Assembly: GCF_004010195.1 (NCBI RefSeq)
Contig: NC_057751.1
Coordinates: 6,893,934 to 6,957,933 of the forward strand
Reading direction: 5' to 3'
Source: Chiloscyllium plagiosum
Taxonomy: Eukaryota
DNA length: 64,000 bases
The notes under the pieces are model-generated. The model ran no database searches and was not told the DNA's origin. It was given only the letters and a program-made list of their open reading frames with translations. A program made the translations under genes and the position numbers. Of the stretch, positions 50,969 to 63,204 are shown piece by piece. Numbering within the stretch: position 1 is the first letter of the stretch; every line of letters begins with the position of its first letter.

Positions 50969-51181
50969 TCGAGAGTGTGCACTGGTAAAGCACAGCTGGT
51001 CAGGCAACATCTGTGGAGCAGATGAATTGATATTTCGAGCATAAGCTTTTCATCAAGAATGAGCTTAAGCTCGAAACGTCGATTCTCCTGCTCCTCGGAT
51101 GCTGTCTGACTGGTTATGCTTATCCAGCACCACAATCTCGACTCTGATCTCCAGGATCTGCAGCCCTCACTTTTTCCATTA
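50969..51181. mobile_element. Palindromic PLE-derived element (family A)
   Basis: aaagcacagctggtcaggcaacatctg..tttcgagcataagc versus gcttaagctcgaaacgtcgattctcctgctcctcggatgctg..tgcagccctcactttttcc; gccttgtt at 50961-50968 and 51182-51189. Confidence 0.8.
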
Positions 51182-51767
51182 GCCTTGTTGACTAGTTATA
51201 ATGTTCAATGTGTTGCATTTGACCCTCATCAATTTATTCATTCGAATGAAACCCACAAAAATATGTGCTGAATGCAGCTACAGGATGCAGAAATATCAAA
51301 ATGAAACCTGAGGAGGTTTGGCAAACAAGCCACAATCTAAATGTCGGTGGAATGATAAGAGGCAGCTCCAGACAATTGCACGTTTATTTTAGAAAACAAA
51401 ACAACATCTATTTGTGAAATGCTAATGAATATATTTTCTGAATGTTCCAAGTACAATGCAACTTGAGACAGTGCCTGCATGAGTAATGAGCATTAATGAA
51501 CACACAGGTGTCGAGAATGATGATGTCAGGTTTTCACTGTGAAAATAAGTCATCTCTTCTGGGAGTTGCACAGAACATTGGTTATCTGCACGAACAAACT
51601 TTTTAAAAGGCCCACTGACTTTCAGATAAGTTCTCCCAGGAATCTTCTCCAGCTCCGTCATGCAGTGGTAGCAGTGTGGGCCATTTGTAAGATGGCTCAG
51701 CAGCAACTCATGAACACCTGTTCTCCAAGCCTCCTTCACAAGCACCCACAGCAGTGGACTATACCAA

Positions 51768-52020
51768 TACAGTGGTGATGTTGCTGGACAAGTAATCCAG
51801 AGGCCCAGGTTAATGTTGTAGGGATTCAGGTTCAATCCCACTGGAGCAGTTGGTGGCATTTAAACTCAGTTGGCAAATTTGGAAAACAAATCCAATGTCA
51901 TCACCGAATGTTGTAAAAACTTTGGATTGACTAACATCCTTTCGGGAAGGAAGTACATTACCTTTATGTGGTTTGGCCTGTGTATGGCTGATCCATTGTG
52001 CTGTGGGATGCCTACCTTAC
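51768..52020 (+). mobile_element. tRNA-derived SINE
   Basis: agtggtgatgttgctggacaagtaatccagaggcccaggttaatg..caggttcaatccca..ctaacatcctttcgggaaggaa..tggtttggcct. Confidence 0.65.
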
Positions 52021-52132
52021 TTAAAAGAAAAGAAGCTCTATCACATCCAAGGACAAGAGTAGAACAAGGGCAAGAGAACAGTACCAGGTCAATTTCATTC
52101 CAAGCCACACATCATCCAGGCTTGGAGCTATA

Positions 52133-53290
52133 CAGGTTGTTCTGCTATCACTTGACAATTGTGTTCCTCTGCAACTTCGTGCTATAGAAAATCACACTGT
52201 GGAAAACTGCATTAAAATGTCGCACTTTAGAAGATCATTAATAGAAAATCACTATACCTGTTTAGTGAAATTTCGTGTAATCCAAACAGTGTCCAGATCA
52301 GGCAGCATCCAAGGAGCAGGAGAATCAAAGTTTCGGGCAGAAGCCCTTCATCGAGAATGTCGGGGCAGCAAAGGAGGCTGAGAGGTAAATGGGCGGGTGG
52401 GGGTGAGGGTGAGGTAGCTGCGAAGGTGATGGGTAGATGCAGGTGGGAGGTGATGGTGATAGGTCAGAGGGGAGGGTGGAGGGAATAGGTGGGAAGGAGG
52501 ATGGACAGGTAGGACAGTTCAAGAGTTTGGTGCTGAGTTGGAGGGTTGGATCTGAGATGAGGTGGGAGGGAGAGGAGATGAGCAAACCGGTAAGGTCAAT
52601 GTTAATGCCGTGTGAATGGAGTGTTCAGGCATCAGGTGGGTTGGATTTGGTGGTAGAGGAGGCCCAGGACTTGCATGTCCCGGACAGAGTGGGAGGGGGA
52701 GTTGAAGTGTTTGTTCACAGGGCGGTGGGGTTTGTTTGATGCGTGTGTCTCAAAGATGTTCTGCGAATTGGCATCCTGTCTCCCCAGTGTAGAGGAGACC
52801 ACATCAAGAGCAATAGACACAGTAGATGAGATGTTTGGATGTGCAGGAAATTCTTTGCCGGGTGTGGAAGGGTTCTTTGGAGCTTTGGACGCAGGTGAGG
52901 GCGGAAGTGTCGGCACAGGTTTTGCACCACTTGCAGTGACAAGGGAAGGTGCTAGGAGTGGAAGGTGGGTTGGTGGGGGGACATGGACCTAACGAGGGAG
53001 TCATAGAGGGAGTGGTCTCTGTGGAATGCTGAAAGGGGTGGGGAGGAAAATATATCTCTGGTGTTGGGGTCTGATTGTAGGTGGTGGAATAGTGGAGAAT
53101 AATGCGCTGTATCCAGAGATTAGTAGGGTGGGAAGGTGAGGACCGGGTGGGGTTTCTAGCCTTGTTGCAGTTGGAGGGGTGGAGATCGAGAGGGAAGGTG
53201 TGTAAGTGGAGGAGATGCGCTGGAGGGTGTTGTCAATCGTTTTATATCCAATTCGTGCTGATAATACACACGTTATAGCAGAATGACCTG
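52133..53290. mobile_element. Tigger/pogo-type MITE, copy 1, split by a PLE (arms 52133-52295 and ~53235-53290)
   Basis: TA|caggttgttctgctat ... ttatagcagaatgacctg|TA; both halves align with the intact copy at 56929-57128. Confidence 0.82.
52296..53234 (-). mobile_element. 5'-truncated Penelope-like element (Cys-rich linker + GIY-YIG + pLTR)
   Basis: Minus strand: TFPCHCKWCKTC..QRISCTSKHLIYCVYCS*CGLLYTGET..PVNKHFNSPSHS..DMQVLGLL; ends in a family A pLTR (tttcgggcagaagcccttcatc). Confidence 0.9.
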
Positions 53291-53499
53291 TATGGCACTT
53301 GCCTCAGCATCACTGGATCAAAATCTTGGAACTCCATCTCTCGCAGAGTCTTGGACTGACATGAGATGGACTGCAGTTGTTCAAGAGATTAAGCTCACCA
53401 CCACCTTTAACATTTCAGAGAAAGTTCGTCAGGCTGATTTCTGGGATGAAACAGCTATCTTAACAAGGAAATGTTAAACAGTTTGGGCCTGAACCTACT

Positions 53500-53808
53500 G
53501 AAATTTTGAAGATGGTGGGGGACTTTATTGAAACAGATAAAATTCTGAGGGTTCTTGGCAGGGTCGATGCTGAGAAGTTGTTGCCATTTGTGGGACAATG
53601 CAGAATTCAAAGAATATAAGGATCTCCCGTTTCAGACAGAACTTAGCAGAAATTTCTTCCTGCACAGGACCGTTCACCTTTGGAATTCTCTTCCCCAGCA
53701 GGCAGTGGGAGCTGTGTCTTTCAATATATCCCAAGACTGAACTGCAAAGATTTTTGAACGAGAGTGGGTGCAGGGTTTCTGGACACCAGAGAAGAATCAG
53801 CCATGAAC
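53500..53808 (+). mobile_element. CR1 LINE 3' end
   Basis: attgaaacagataaaattctgaggg..agggtcgatgctgaga..gaaatttcttc..tttggaattctcttccccagcaggcagtgg..aatcagccatga. Confidence 0.75.
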
Positions 53809-53812
53809 ATCA

Positions 53813-54240
53813 GCAAATCAGAATTTGCTGGAAAAATATCAGCAGGTCTGGCAGCATCTGTGGAGATAAAGCAAAGTTCATGTTTCGGGTCCCTTCTTCA
53901 GGACTGATTGCAGCTTGGAAATGGTTGGTATATGTGCTGGAGAAGGGTTAGGGAGTGGGCAAGGAGTAAATGATGGAGCCAAGGGAGATTAAAAACAGTT
54001 GGGCAGACAAAGGGATGAGTAAAGGTCAGCCTGGGAGAATGAATAGCTGCGACTGGGGACTGTTAGTGGTTGATCATGGATTGTTTGTGGGAGCAGCTCC
54101 TGTGATGACAAGGGCTGATGTGTGGGGATTGGGGAAGGACATGGGATATGGTGCCCAGGACCTGAAATAATTGAAATCGACATTGAGTTGATAAGATTGC
54201 GGGGTTCCCAAGTGGAAAATGAGGTGTTGTTCTTCAAATC
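53813..54240 (-). mobile_element. Penelope-like 3' end (family C pLTR + GIY-YIG C-terminus)
   Basis: ttgctggaaaaatatcagcaggtctggcagcatctgtggag..tgtttcgggtcccttcttcagg; reverse translation LKNNTSF / EEQHLIFHLGT..LNVDFNYF. Confidence 0.75.
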
Positions 54241-56928
54241 AGCCAAGACCTTACAGAATGGCAAAGCAGACTCGAGGGCTCAAATGACGGACTGCTATCC
54301 TGTTTTGAATGGTTAATGTTATCAGGCTCAATTCAGGATAGACAATAAATGCTCATCTTGCCAAAGGCAGTCACATACTATGATTGATTGAAATTGTTGG
54401 ATTGCATTAAAGGTATTGCACTCTGAACCCGAACACAAGTTCTTTCTCAGGTGCTGATGAACTTCTTCTGTTTGGATGAGCTAGGCTGGAATTGATCAAA
54501 CTCAGAGCAGATGTCTTGGGGTGGGATTGACTTTGCTGGCAGCAGCAGTGGATCCTTCGAGGAGTTGACACAACTCTAAAGAGATACACAGTCACTTTAT
54601 GCACTACCCCTTTGGTGGGTAAGTATTCCATACCAGCACAATGCTTTCAGTTTGCTTCTCGGCCTTGACCACCATCTCTTCATTCACTCACCAGGTTGAG
54701 CAGCAGAAGATCTCCTTCGATATCGCTTAAAATACTGCCTCCAGTCTTCTATCCTCCTTGAGGGTGAGGCTAGGACGCTTGGAATAATAATGTGAGTGAC
54801 AGTCAAAGTGACGTGTGGATAGTGCACACATTATACATTTCCAGTTTGCACATAATCCCGGTTTGCAAAGGTACATCATATATCTGCCTGCTTTGATCAG
54901 GCGCATTGTTTGCCTTCATGGAGACTTGCTTAAAATGACATTGTGTGGATTGCAAATGGAAGCGAACAGGAGGTTTTTAAAACATTATTTTGATATCATT
55001 CTGCTTATGCATAGCTGGGAAACAGGTCGTCATCAGGTGAAAATCCTTTCCACCCATGCTAAAACCATAATTGAGGCGTGTGTTTTCAGTCCTATCATTA
55101 ACCATCCCTGCTGCCAATCATATGGATTTTACCATTTATTATCAAGCTCCCATTGCTGCCATTTGTCCCAAAATGTCCTACTTTTCAGCAGTGACCAGTA
55201 CCTGCGATCTATTTACCCAACTCCACTTTAACAATTCTAGTCTACGGAAGAAAGTTCATTTTTGTTCGTGTAGCTTGCTCCAAAGCATCATGTTTGAGTT
55301 GGATTTTGAAAAGCAAGCCGAGGAGTCCCACACTTCTTCCCTTCTGCAATTTTTTACTTTTGGGTACATATCAGTTTTTTGAATGTAATGATTCAAAGTC
55401 TTTGTACCCCATTTTAATAAATTGCTTCTCGTAGCTTGCTATGTACAAAAAAAACATCAACTTTTCCCATTTCTTCTGTCAATTATCTTAAATTTGTGCC
55501 GTCTGCCTTTTGACCTTGCTTCCAATGGATATATTTTCTTCTGACATACTCTATTAAAGTCTTCGATGTCTGACTTTTCCTCTAATTTTGCAGAAACCTT
55601 GGAACCATTCTTACCATTGGAAGTATGCAATGCATCATCCCCTATTAAATGCTTCATACTCATCCAGAAACAGCTGACGTTCACTAAGTTAAAACATAGA
55701 ATGGGAAAGAACAAGCACCAGAACTGGTGATGTCAGTGTGAACATCTGTTCCTTTCACAGAAATCCGACCAGCATTCTGTTGCCAATGAGTTACTGGGGA
55801 AGGGTTGTGTTCCAATGCATTTTTAAAGTGGACAGCACTGTCTCTGCACAGGTGGCATACACAGAAAGGACAGAATCTCTTGTCGTGCCATGGCAGATTT
55901 TCAATTGTTAGTCATGGGCAAGATCTATTCTCAATTTAAAAGTAGGAAAACATGTCCCTAATGTGGGCACCGTAGAAAATGTAGCAGAGCAGGTATTTTG
56001 ACAACTCTTCCCTCCTCCCACCTGCAGTCAGAGCGAGGCATGTGAAAATTTAGTATTTTCTAAGGTAAAGTCTTAGCATGAAGATCTGTGAATAGGGAGT
56101 ACACACTATCTCCCACTCAACTCATATTAACAGCATGAATGCATAAGTAATTTAAACAAGGACATTGGTCTCTTAATAATGCAGCAGATTCAAATTCAAA
56201 AGATGTAGAGATTTTTGTCAAGGTTTGTGCAAAAAGATAATTCTCCAAGGACAGGAAGATGAGGCACTCTGTGCTCCAGCCTTAGGTAATGTATTAATTA
56301 ACAACTAACGATATTCATCGATCTCAGTGGAATCTTCAGGATATATTTGTTATTGCAAAATGAAAGAATTATTTCTGTGTACTTCCTGGCATATGAACTT
56401 CACACTTCTCAGCATCAGTTTTGACTCATGTGGAGAGAAAATGAGGCATAATTGATGGGCAGAATGCTGACAAATGTAGGGGCAGAGCCAAACGCAGGCA
56501 AGTGAAACTAGTTCAGAATTGAACTAGTGTGGCATTGTCAATTTGTGTCAAAGGGCCTGTTTCTATGCTGTAGACCTCTGACTATATGCTGAGGTAGCAT
56601 GTCATTTAAATGGACAGAGAAGTTGGCATTGTTACTCATTTACTTTCAGCTCACCAGCTTGAGTTCAGCCCAAAACTAGCTAACCTGGAGATCAAGATTG
56701 CAATATTGAGAGAGGTGGACCAGTGAATCAGAGGTAATCTGATATTAGGTCATCAGGAGATCCTGCAGTGTCCTGTGGCTTGGAGACCGAAGAGTTTGTC
56801 CATTATTGGGCTGTCGAAAGATTGGAGATTGTTCACTGTTCACCGCACCAACACATTATTTCAGAGTATGAATGGACTAGGAGATCATCCAGCATGAAGT
56901 TCAGGAGATCTTGCTACTGAAGATAGTA

Positions 56929-57128
56929 CAGGTAGTTCTGCTATAATGCAACAGTTGTGTTCTTCTGCAACCTCGTGCTCTAGAAAATCACACTGTAGAA
57001 GATCGCTAATAGAAAGTCACTATACCCGTTCAGTAGAAAATTCACATTATCCAAACAGTGTCTACAATTGGTTAATCCGTTATAGCCAATTCATGCTGAT
57101 GAAATGCGCGTTATAGCAGAATGACCTG
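56929..57128. mobile_element. Tigger/pogo-type MITE, intact 200-bp copy
   Basis: TA|caggtagttctgctataatgc ... gcgttatagcagaatgacctg|TA; TIRs and TA TSD. Confidence 0.88.
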
Positions 57129-59054
57129 TACAATAATAAGCAGTCTGGTTACCGTCTCAGGTGATCCAGAAGATAGATAAAGCCCAGCTGCTTATGCACC
57201 AAAGCAGGAACAGCCCGAAAGGCCCTTCCAGCCTGTTCTGCCAGTCCATCAGATCTTGTCTGATCCTCTACTTCAACTCCACTTCCGTACCCTGTCTCCG
57301 TACCAGCATCTCCAATTAGCCTTGTCTCAGTATAACATTTTACCAAATTTTGTTGATTCATGGAGAATTTGCTCTCTGCTAAAAGTTGGCACATCACAGA
57401 TAGAATTATTTGTCCAGTTCTTGGGTTTTGTACACGAGGCTGTCAGAATGTTCAAAGCCATATTGTGCGATCTGAAATCCTGCGAGTTATTATGAGGATT
57501 CCTGGCAGCCACATTTTTATTTTCAGTTCGTATCGTACTGTGTTTTTATCTGCTGAATGAAGTTTGCAGGAAAAGAAACACAGATTCCATTCATTTTGCA
57601 CAGACATTAATACCACAGACCAGGATTTTTATCTTGGCAGAAGCTGATTCGGTATTTATTCTGAAATGATTCCTTCAGTTGCTTAAGATCTCTGTGCCAA
57701 CGAGCTTGACACAGTTTGCAGCCGCTCAGTAAGCCTCCAGAATGGAATTCAGAAACATTTGAGGTGCAGGGTAATGATTTCAGATTTGCAGACATTTTTC
57801 ATGATGGGTGATGGGGAGAGGGGCCGCATAATGTGACTGTGGGAGAGGGTTCAAATAATTCTGAAGAAGTGAGACTGCAGGAAAAGCTGTCTTAAATCTT
57901 GGTTACACTGTGTTCTAATTTCCAAACAGCAATTTAAACAGTTGGGAAAATCATACAAAGGGTGCGCTGTTCCAACTTTCTGATTCATTGCCTGGAATAG
58001 GAATGAAATAGGAATAAAAGGTTAAGTAACTGATTGGAAAAAACCTGTCAATTCTTGTTTAGCACACATGGAAATACAGGAGGTTTTATTGCCTCTTGGT
58101 AGCAATAAGCCAGGCCTCACAATTCATTTGGAATCCCTTGAAGAGTGGACTGCTCAGGTTTCCAGTTAAAACATGTCTGTGTTATGAATGGATTAGAAAG
58201 GAATCCTGATGTACATTGTTGTGCAGGATGTGCAGACCCTTAATGCTCCCAGCATTCCAGACCCCATTCCAGTTTGTTTTCACAATCCTTTTTTAGTCTT
58301 GCACCTCTGAAGGCATGTCTTTTCCATTAAGAGAAGCTGATAATTGGGTCATTATTGTGTGCCCTCCACATTTGTGCACCACATTGTCATTCTTCCTGAC
58401 GAAGATGAAGTTTTTTGGAACCTTTCCATTTTAGCATTTTTCATTGATCTCCTCCCTCTGCAATTCCTTGCCTCAGATGATTAGCTTTTGCACAGCTCTT
58501 TATGAGGCGTATATGTAAGAAGAGCTGTTCACAAATTCAGACTTATGTGATTGTAATTGCAATGAACAATGGTCACACAGTGCGAGTCATGTTTATTGAG
58601 CTCACAGTGAGTGTGGTAAAGGCTCAGATTCTGCAGAAGGTAAGTTAGAATTCTGTGGCTTATGTGGTAGCATCCTCCAGTGTTTGTGTCCCCACTTTAG
58701 AGACTGCAATCAAAACTCAAGACTAGTGCTCCATTCCAGTTGCTGGGCATTGTTTTTAAACCTCTCCACAGTTTCACCCCTCTCTGAAATTAGCACCAGC
58801 CCCACACAAGATTGAGATCTCAGTCTTCCTCTAATCCTGGTTTCATTTGCATTTTAAATGCGCCACCATTGAAGACTGTTTGTTTCGTTTCTCTGGTGTA
58901 AACTCTGGAATTCTTTCCCTTTGTCTTTTTTTAACCTCTTTGCCTCACTTTCTGCTTTGTCGATTGTTATGGACCAGACCAGACTCGCTCAAAATATTTT
59001 AAAGGCAGGTGTTTAGTGGATATTTCAGGAGTGATGCAGCTGGTCAAACCATGT

Positions 59055-60590
59055 GGTTATGGTAGGGGATTTTAACTTTCCAAATGTAGACTGGTACTGC
59101 CATAGTATTAAGGGTTTAGGTGGAGAGGAATTTGTTAAGTGTGTATAATAAAGTTTTCTGATTCAGTATATGAATGTACCTACTAGACAAGGTCCAAAGA
59201 TGTGCAGGTCAGGTGAATTGGTCATGCTAAATTGCCCACAGCATTAGGTACATTAGTCAGAGGGAAATGGGTCTCGGTGGGTTACTCTTAGAGGGTCGGT
59301 GTGGACTTGTTGGGCTGAAGGGTCAGTTTCCACACTGTAGGGAATCTAATCTAAAAAAAAACTTGACCTACTCTTGGGAAATAGGGCAGGGCAGATGACT
59401 GAGGAGTCAGTGGCGGAGCACTTTGGGGCCAGTGACCATAATTTTATTAGTTTTAAAATAGTGATGGAAAAGGATAGACCAGATCTAAAAGTTGAAGTTC
59501 TAAATTGGAGAAAGGCCAATTTTGATGGTATTAGGCAAGAACTTTCAAAAGCTGATTGGGAGTAAATGTTCACAGGTAAAGGGACAGCTGGAAAATAGGA
59601 ATCTTTCAGAAATGAGGTAATGAGAGTCCAGAGAATTATATTCCTGTTTGGGTGAAAGGAAAGGCTAGTAAGTATAGGGAATGCTGGATGACTAAAGAAA
59701 TTGAGGGTTTGGTTAAGAAAACAAAGGAAGCATATGTCAGGTATAGACAGGATAGATTGAGTGAATCCTTCAAAGAGTATAAAGAAAGTAGGAGTATACT
59801 TAAGAATACAGAATGTAGGGAAATAGATGATGACATCTTGAAAAATGTCCATATTACAGAGGAGCAAGTGCTGGATGTCTTGAAGCGCATGAAAGTGAAT
59901 AAATCCCCCAGACCTGATCAGGTGTACCTTAGAACACCATGGGAAGCTAGAGAAGTGATTGCTGGACCTCTTACTGAAATATTTGTGTCATCAATAGTCA
60001 CAGGTGAGGTGCCAGAAGACTGGAAGTTGGCTAACGTGGTTCCACTGTTTAAGAAAGGTGGTAAGGTCAAGCCAGGAAACTGTAGACCAGTGAGCCTGAC
60101 ATCAGTGGTGGGCAAGTTGTTGGAGGGAATTCTGAGGGACAGGATGTACATGTATTTGGAAAAGCAAGGACTGATTCGAGATCGTCACCATGGCTTTGTG
60201 TGGGGGAAATCATGTCTCACGAACGTGATTGTGTTTTTTGAAGAAGTAAAAGAGGATTGATGAGGGCAGAATGGTTGATGTGATCTATATGGACTGCAGT
60301 GAGGCATTCAACAAGGTTCCCCATGGGAGACTGATTAGCAAGGTTAGATCTCATGGAATACAGGGAGAACCAACAATTTGGTTACAGAACTGGCTCAAAG
60401 CTAGAAAACAGAGGGTGGTGCTGGAGGGTTGTTTTTCAGACTGGAGGCCTGTGACCAGTGGAGTGCCTTAATGATCGGTGGTGGGTCGTCTATTTTTCAT
60501 CATCTATATAAATGATTTGGATGTGAACATAAGAGGTATAGTTAGTAAGTTTGCAGATGACACCAAAATTGGAGGTATCGTGGATAGTGA
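59055..60590 (+). mobile_element. CR1 LINE ORF2 fragment (APE end to RT), internally deleted
   Basis: VMVGDFNFPN, LDLLLGN, HFGASDHN, KSPRPDQ, VPEDWKLANVVPLFKKG, RPVSLTSVVGKLLE, KSCLTN, AFNKVPH, VTSGVP, SKFADDTKIGG. Confidence 0.95.
59192..59353 (+). mobile_element. 5'-truncated HE1 SINE inserted in the CR1
   Basis: gtccaaagatgtgcaggtcaggtgaattgg..gtggacttgttgggctgaaggg..tttccacactgtagggaatctaatcta; CR1 continues on both sides. Confidence 0.85.
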
Positions 60591-60825
60591 GTCATAGATG
60601 TGGCCTGGTCATTGTGTGTCAAGGTTCAAAGTATTCAGCTACATAGCAATTCCAGGCACACAATTTGTGAGGTTCCACAATTAATCTCTGTGTGGATGTG
60701 AAGCTGGGTGAGGGTGGAATCCCACATAGGACTCGATTTGCTTCCAGTGACACTTCCGTCTCAAAGGTACTATCATATAAGGGATGAAATCAGTCCACGG
60801 TAAACAGTAGACTAACTGATTCATT

Positions 60826-61053
60826 CTGGACGTAGGTTTGCTCGCTGAGCTGGAAGGGGCATTTTCAGACGTTTCGTCACTATACTAGGTAACATCTTCA
60901 GTGAGCCTCCCGACAAAACCTCCGTCCAGAGGCTCACTGAAGATGTTACCTAGTATGGTGATGAAACATCTGAAAATGAACCTTCCAGCTCAGCGTGCAA
61001 ACCTACATCCAGAACCTCAACCTGAGCTACAAATCTTCTCAAAACTCATTGAG
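60826..61053. mobile_element. Palindromic PLE-derived element (family D) with two opposed hammerhead motifs and 9-bp TSD
   Basis: 86-bp arms 60824-60909 and 60929-61014, 19-nt spacer, one-sided tail to 61053; tgattcatt at 60817-60825 and 61054-61062. Confidence 0.88.
60865..60904 (-). ncRNA. Minimal type I hammerhead motif, intact core
   Basis: UCA-CUGAAGA-U-GUUAC-CUAGUAUA-GUGAC-GAAA-C-GUC-UGA; stem III palindrome ACGU. The + strand partner at 60934-60973 has CpG-type changes (GGUGAU, AUC). Confidence 0.7.
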
Positions 61054-61866
61054 TGATTCATTGTTACAAAACACAAAAGATAGTATTCACCTTCAATTTG
61101 CAAAGATGGACCCCAAACGGAAATCAGGGCAAGCAGGACAGAGAGAATAAGTTCATTGCACTCCTTAGACAGTGAACAACCTTCAATAGGTTAATATTTG
61201 GACAAAATTATTTTAAGCATGCAATCCTTTCACTGAAGAGAGTGGAATTATAATAAGAGAATTATATTTTTCTAACAAAGATGCACATTGTGCAATTTTA
61301 TACAGAATTCATGACATTGTTCAAATTCTTCCCTGCATAATTAATGATTATGTTTTGACAAATTGTAGTTTTGCACTAATTATGTGGCAGATGTTTCTTC
61401 ACTGCTACATCTAGAGGAAGATGTGGAGGCCACTGACAGTAACACTAATTGTAATTTTATGCTAAAACATTGAAACACAATTTAACTTTCATGTTAAATT
61501 ACCTCTGTTACTATGAATAACTGGACAGTGAAGTGAGTTGTGTGTACCACACTAAATAGGAGTGCCAATTAGAATTGTATGATGAAATGCCGTATTTCTT
61601 TTCAAGATGATAAATTATTGCCATCAGTTACTTTATCCCAGGCTTCAGCATGTAGGAGAAAAGAATAGAAATTCTCTGCATTTCTTTGTTACTCTGCATA
61701 CCTCTGATTCACTTTTATTCAGGTTTTGCAATATGAGACTTTGACTCACTTTGGATAGAATTTCGGTTTCTTGACCTGGTGTTGGTAATGTTGACCAAAA
61801 CAGGTTCAGAGTTGAAAAATGTGGTGCTGGAAAAACACAGCAGGCTAGGCGGCATCCGAGGAACAG

Positions 61867-61906
61867 GAGAATCGACGTTTCGGGCATAAGCCCTTCTTCA
61901 GGAATG
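61867..61906 (-). ncRNA. Minimal type I hammerhead motif in the PLE pLTR, intact core
   Basis: CAUUC-CUGAAGA-A-GGGC-UUAU-GCCC-GAAA-C-GUC-GAUUCUC; perfect stem II, ACGU palindrome, weak stem I. Confidence 0.7.
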
Positions 61907-62044
61907 AGGCTGGTGTGCCAAGCGGGCTGAGATAAAAGGTGGACGGGGAGGGAATTTGGGGTAGGGGCACTGGGAATACGATAGGTGGAAAGAGGTGAGG
62001 GTGAGGGTGATAGGCCGGAGAGGGGGTGGGGGTGGAGAGGTCAG

Positions 62045-62776
62045 NNNNNNNNNNNNNNNNNNNNNNNNNNNNNNNNNNNNNNNNNNNNNNNNNNNNNNNN
62101 NNNNNNNNNNNNNNNNNNNNNNNNNNNNNNNNNNNNNNNNNNNNNNNNNNNNNNNNNNNNNNNNNNNNNNNNNNNNNNNNNNNNNNNNNNNNNNNNNNNN
62201 NNNNNNNNNNNNNNNNNNNNNNNNNNNNNNNNNNNNNNNNNNNNNNNNNNNNNNNNNNNNNNNNNNNNNNNNNNNNNNNNNNNNNNNNNNNNNNNNNNNN
62301 NNNNNNNNNNNNNNNNNNNNNNNNNNNNNNNNNNNNNNNNNNNNNNNNNNNNNNNNNNNNNNNNNNNNNNNNNNNNNNNNNNNNNNNNNNNNNNNNNNNN
62401 NNNNNNNNNNNNNNNNNNNNNNNNNNNNNNNNNNNNNNNNNNNNNNNNNNNNNNNNNNNNNNNNNNNNNNNNNNNNNNNNNNNNNNNNNNNNNNNNNNNN
62501 NNNNNNNNNNNNNNNNNNNNNNNNNNNNNNNNNNNNNNNNNNNNNNNNNNNNNNNNNNNNNNNNNNNNNNNNNNNNNNNNNNNNNNNNNNNNNNNNNNNN
62601 NNNNNNNNNNNNNNNNNNNNNNNNNNNNNNNNNNNNNNNNNNNNNNNNNNNNNNNNNNNNNNNNNNNNNNNNNNNNNNNNNNNNNNNNNNNNNNNNNNNN
62701 NNNNNNNNNNNNNNNNNNNNNNNNNNNNNNNNNNNNNNNNNNNNNNNNNNNNNNNNNNNNNNNNNNNNNNNNNNNN
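62045..62776. other. Assembly gap (732 N)
   Basis: Run of N. Confidence 1.
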
Positions 62777-63204
62777 GTCGCCCGAGATAGAAATGGAGAG
62801 GTCTAGGAAGGGGACGGAGGAGTCTGAGACGGTCCAGGTAAATTTGAGGTCGGGGTGGAAGGTGTTAGTAAAGTGGAGGAACTGTTCAACCTCCTCTTGG
62901 GAGCACGAGGTAGCGCCAATACAATCATCGGTGTAGCGGAAGAAAAGGTGCAGTGTTCACAAAACAGGTTCACTCCTGTCAACGAGGTGATAAGCCAATG
63001 AAAGTAACTGAGAACCTGGTTCAGAGTACTGAAAACCTTCTGCCTGATGCAGGTACAGTCAAAAGCTGCGCTGGAGAGGGATGTCCCCCATGTTTTTGTA
63101 TAGTGGCGGTCTGACTGCTTTTTGGATTGTTAATTTATTCCTTCACATTTTGAGAAAACTGTTGAGAGGGCACCTCGATGTTTTTAGTAACCTTTCAGTA
63201 GTTT

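Larger units (their letters stand above)
61809..62959 (-). mobile_element. Young 5'-truncated Penelope-like element spanning the assembly gap
   Basis: Right part translates HLFFRYTDDCIGATSCSQEEVEQFLHFTNTFHPDLKFTWTVSDSSVPFLDLSISISGD (PLE RT, YxDD); left part is a family A pLTR; exact 13-bp flanks caaaacaggttca at 61796-61808 and 62960-62972. Confidence 0.88.

Noticed and set aside
54400..54780. Possible RTE-clade LINE relic on the minus strand (DRRLEAVF..TW*VNEEM)
   Set aside because: Similarity too weak to support by eye.
59652..60471. 202-aa RT-like ORF as a functional gene
   Set aside because: CR1 ORF2 relic with stops, frameshifts, an internal deletion and a SINE insertion.
61985..62936. 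Long + strand ORFs
   Set aside because: Artefacts of the N run; the real coding remnant is PLE RT on the minus strand.
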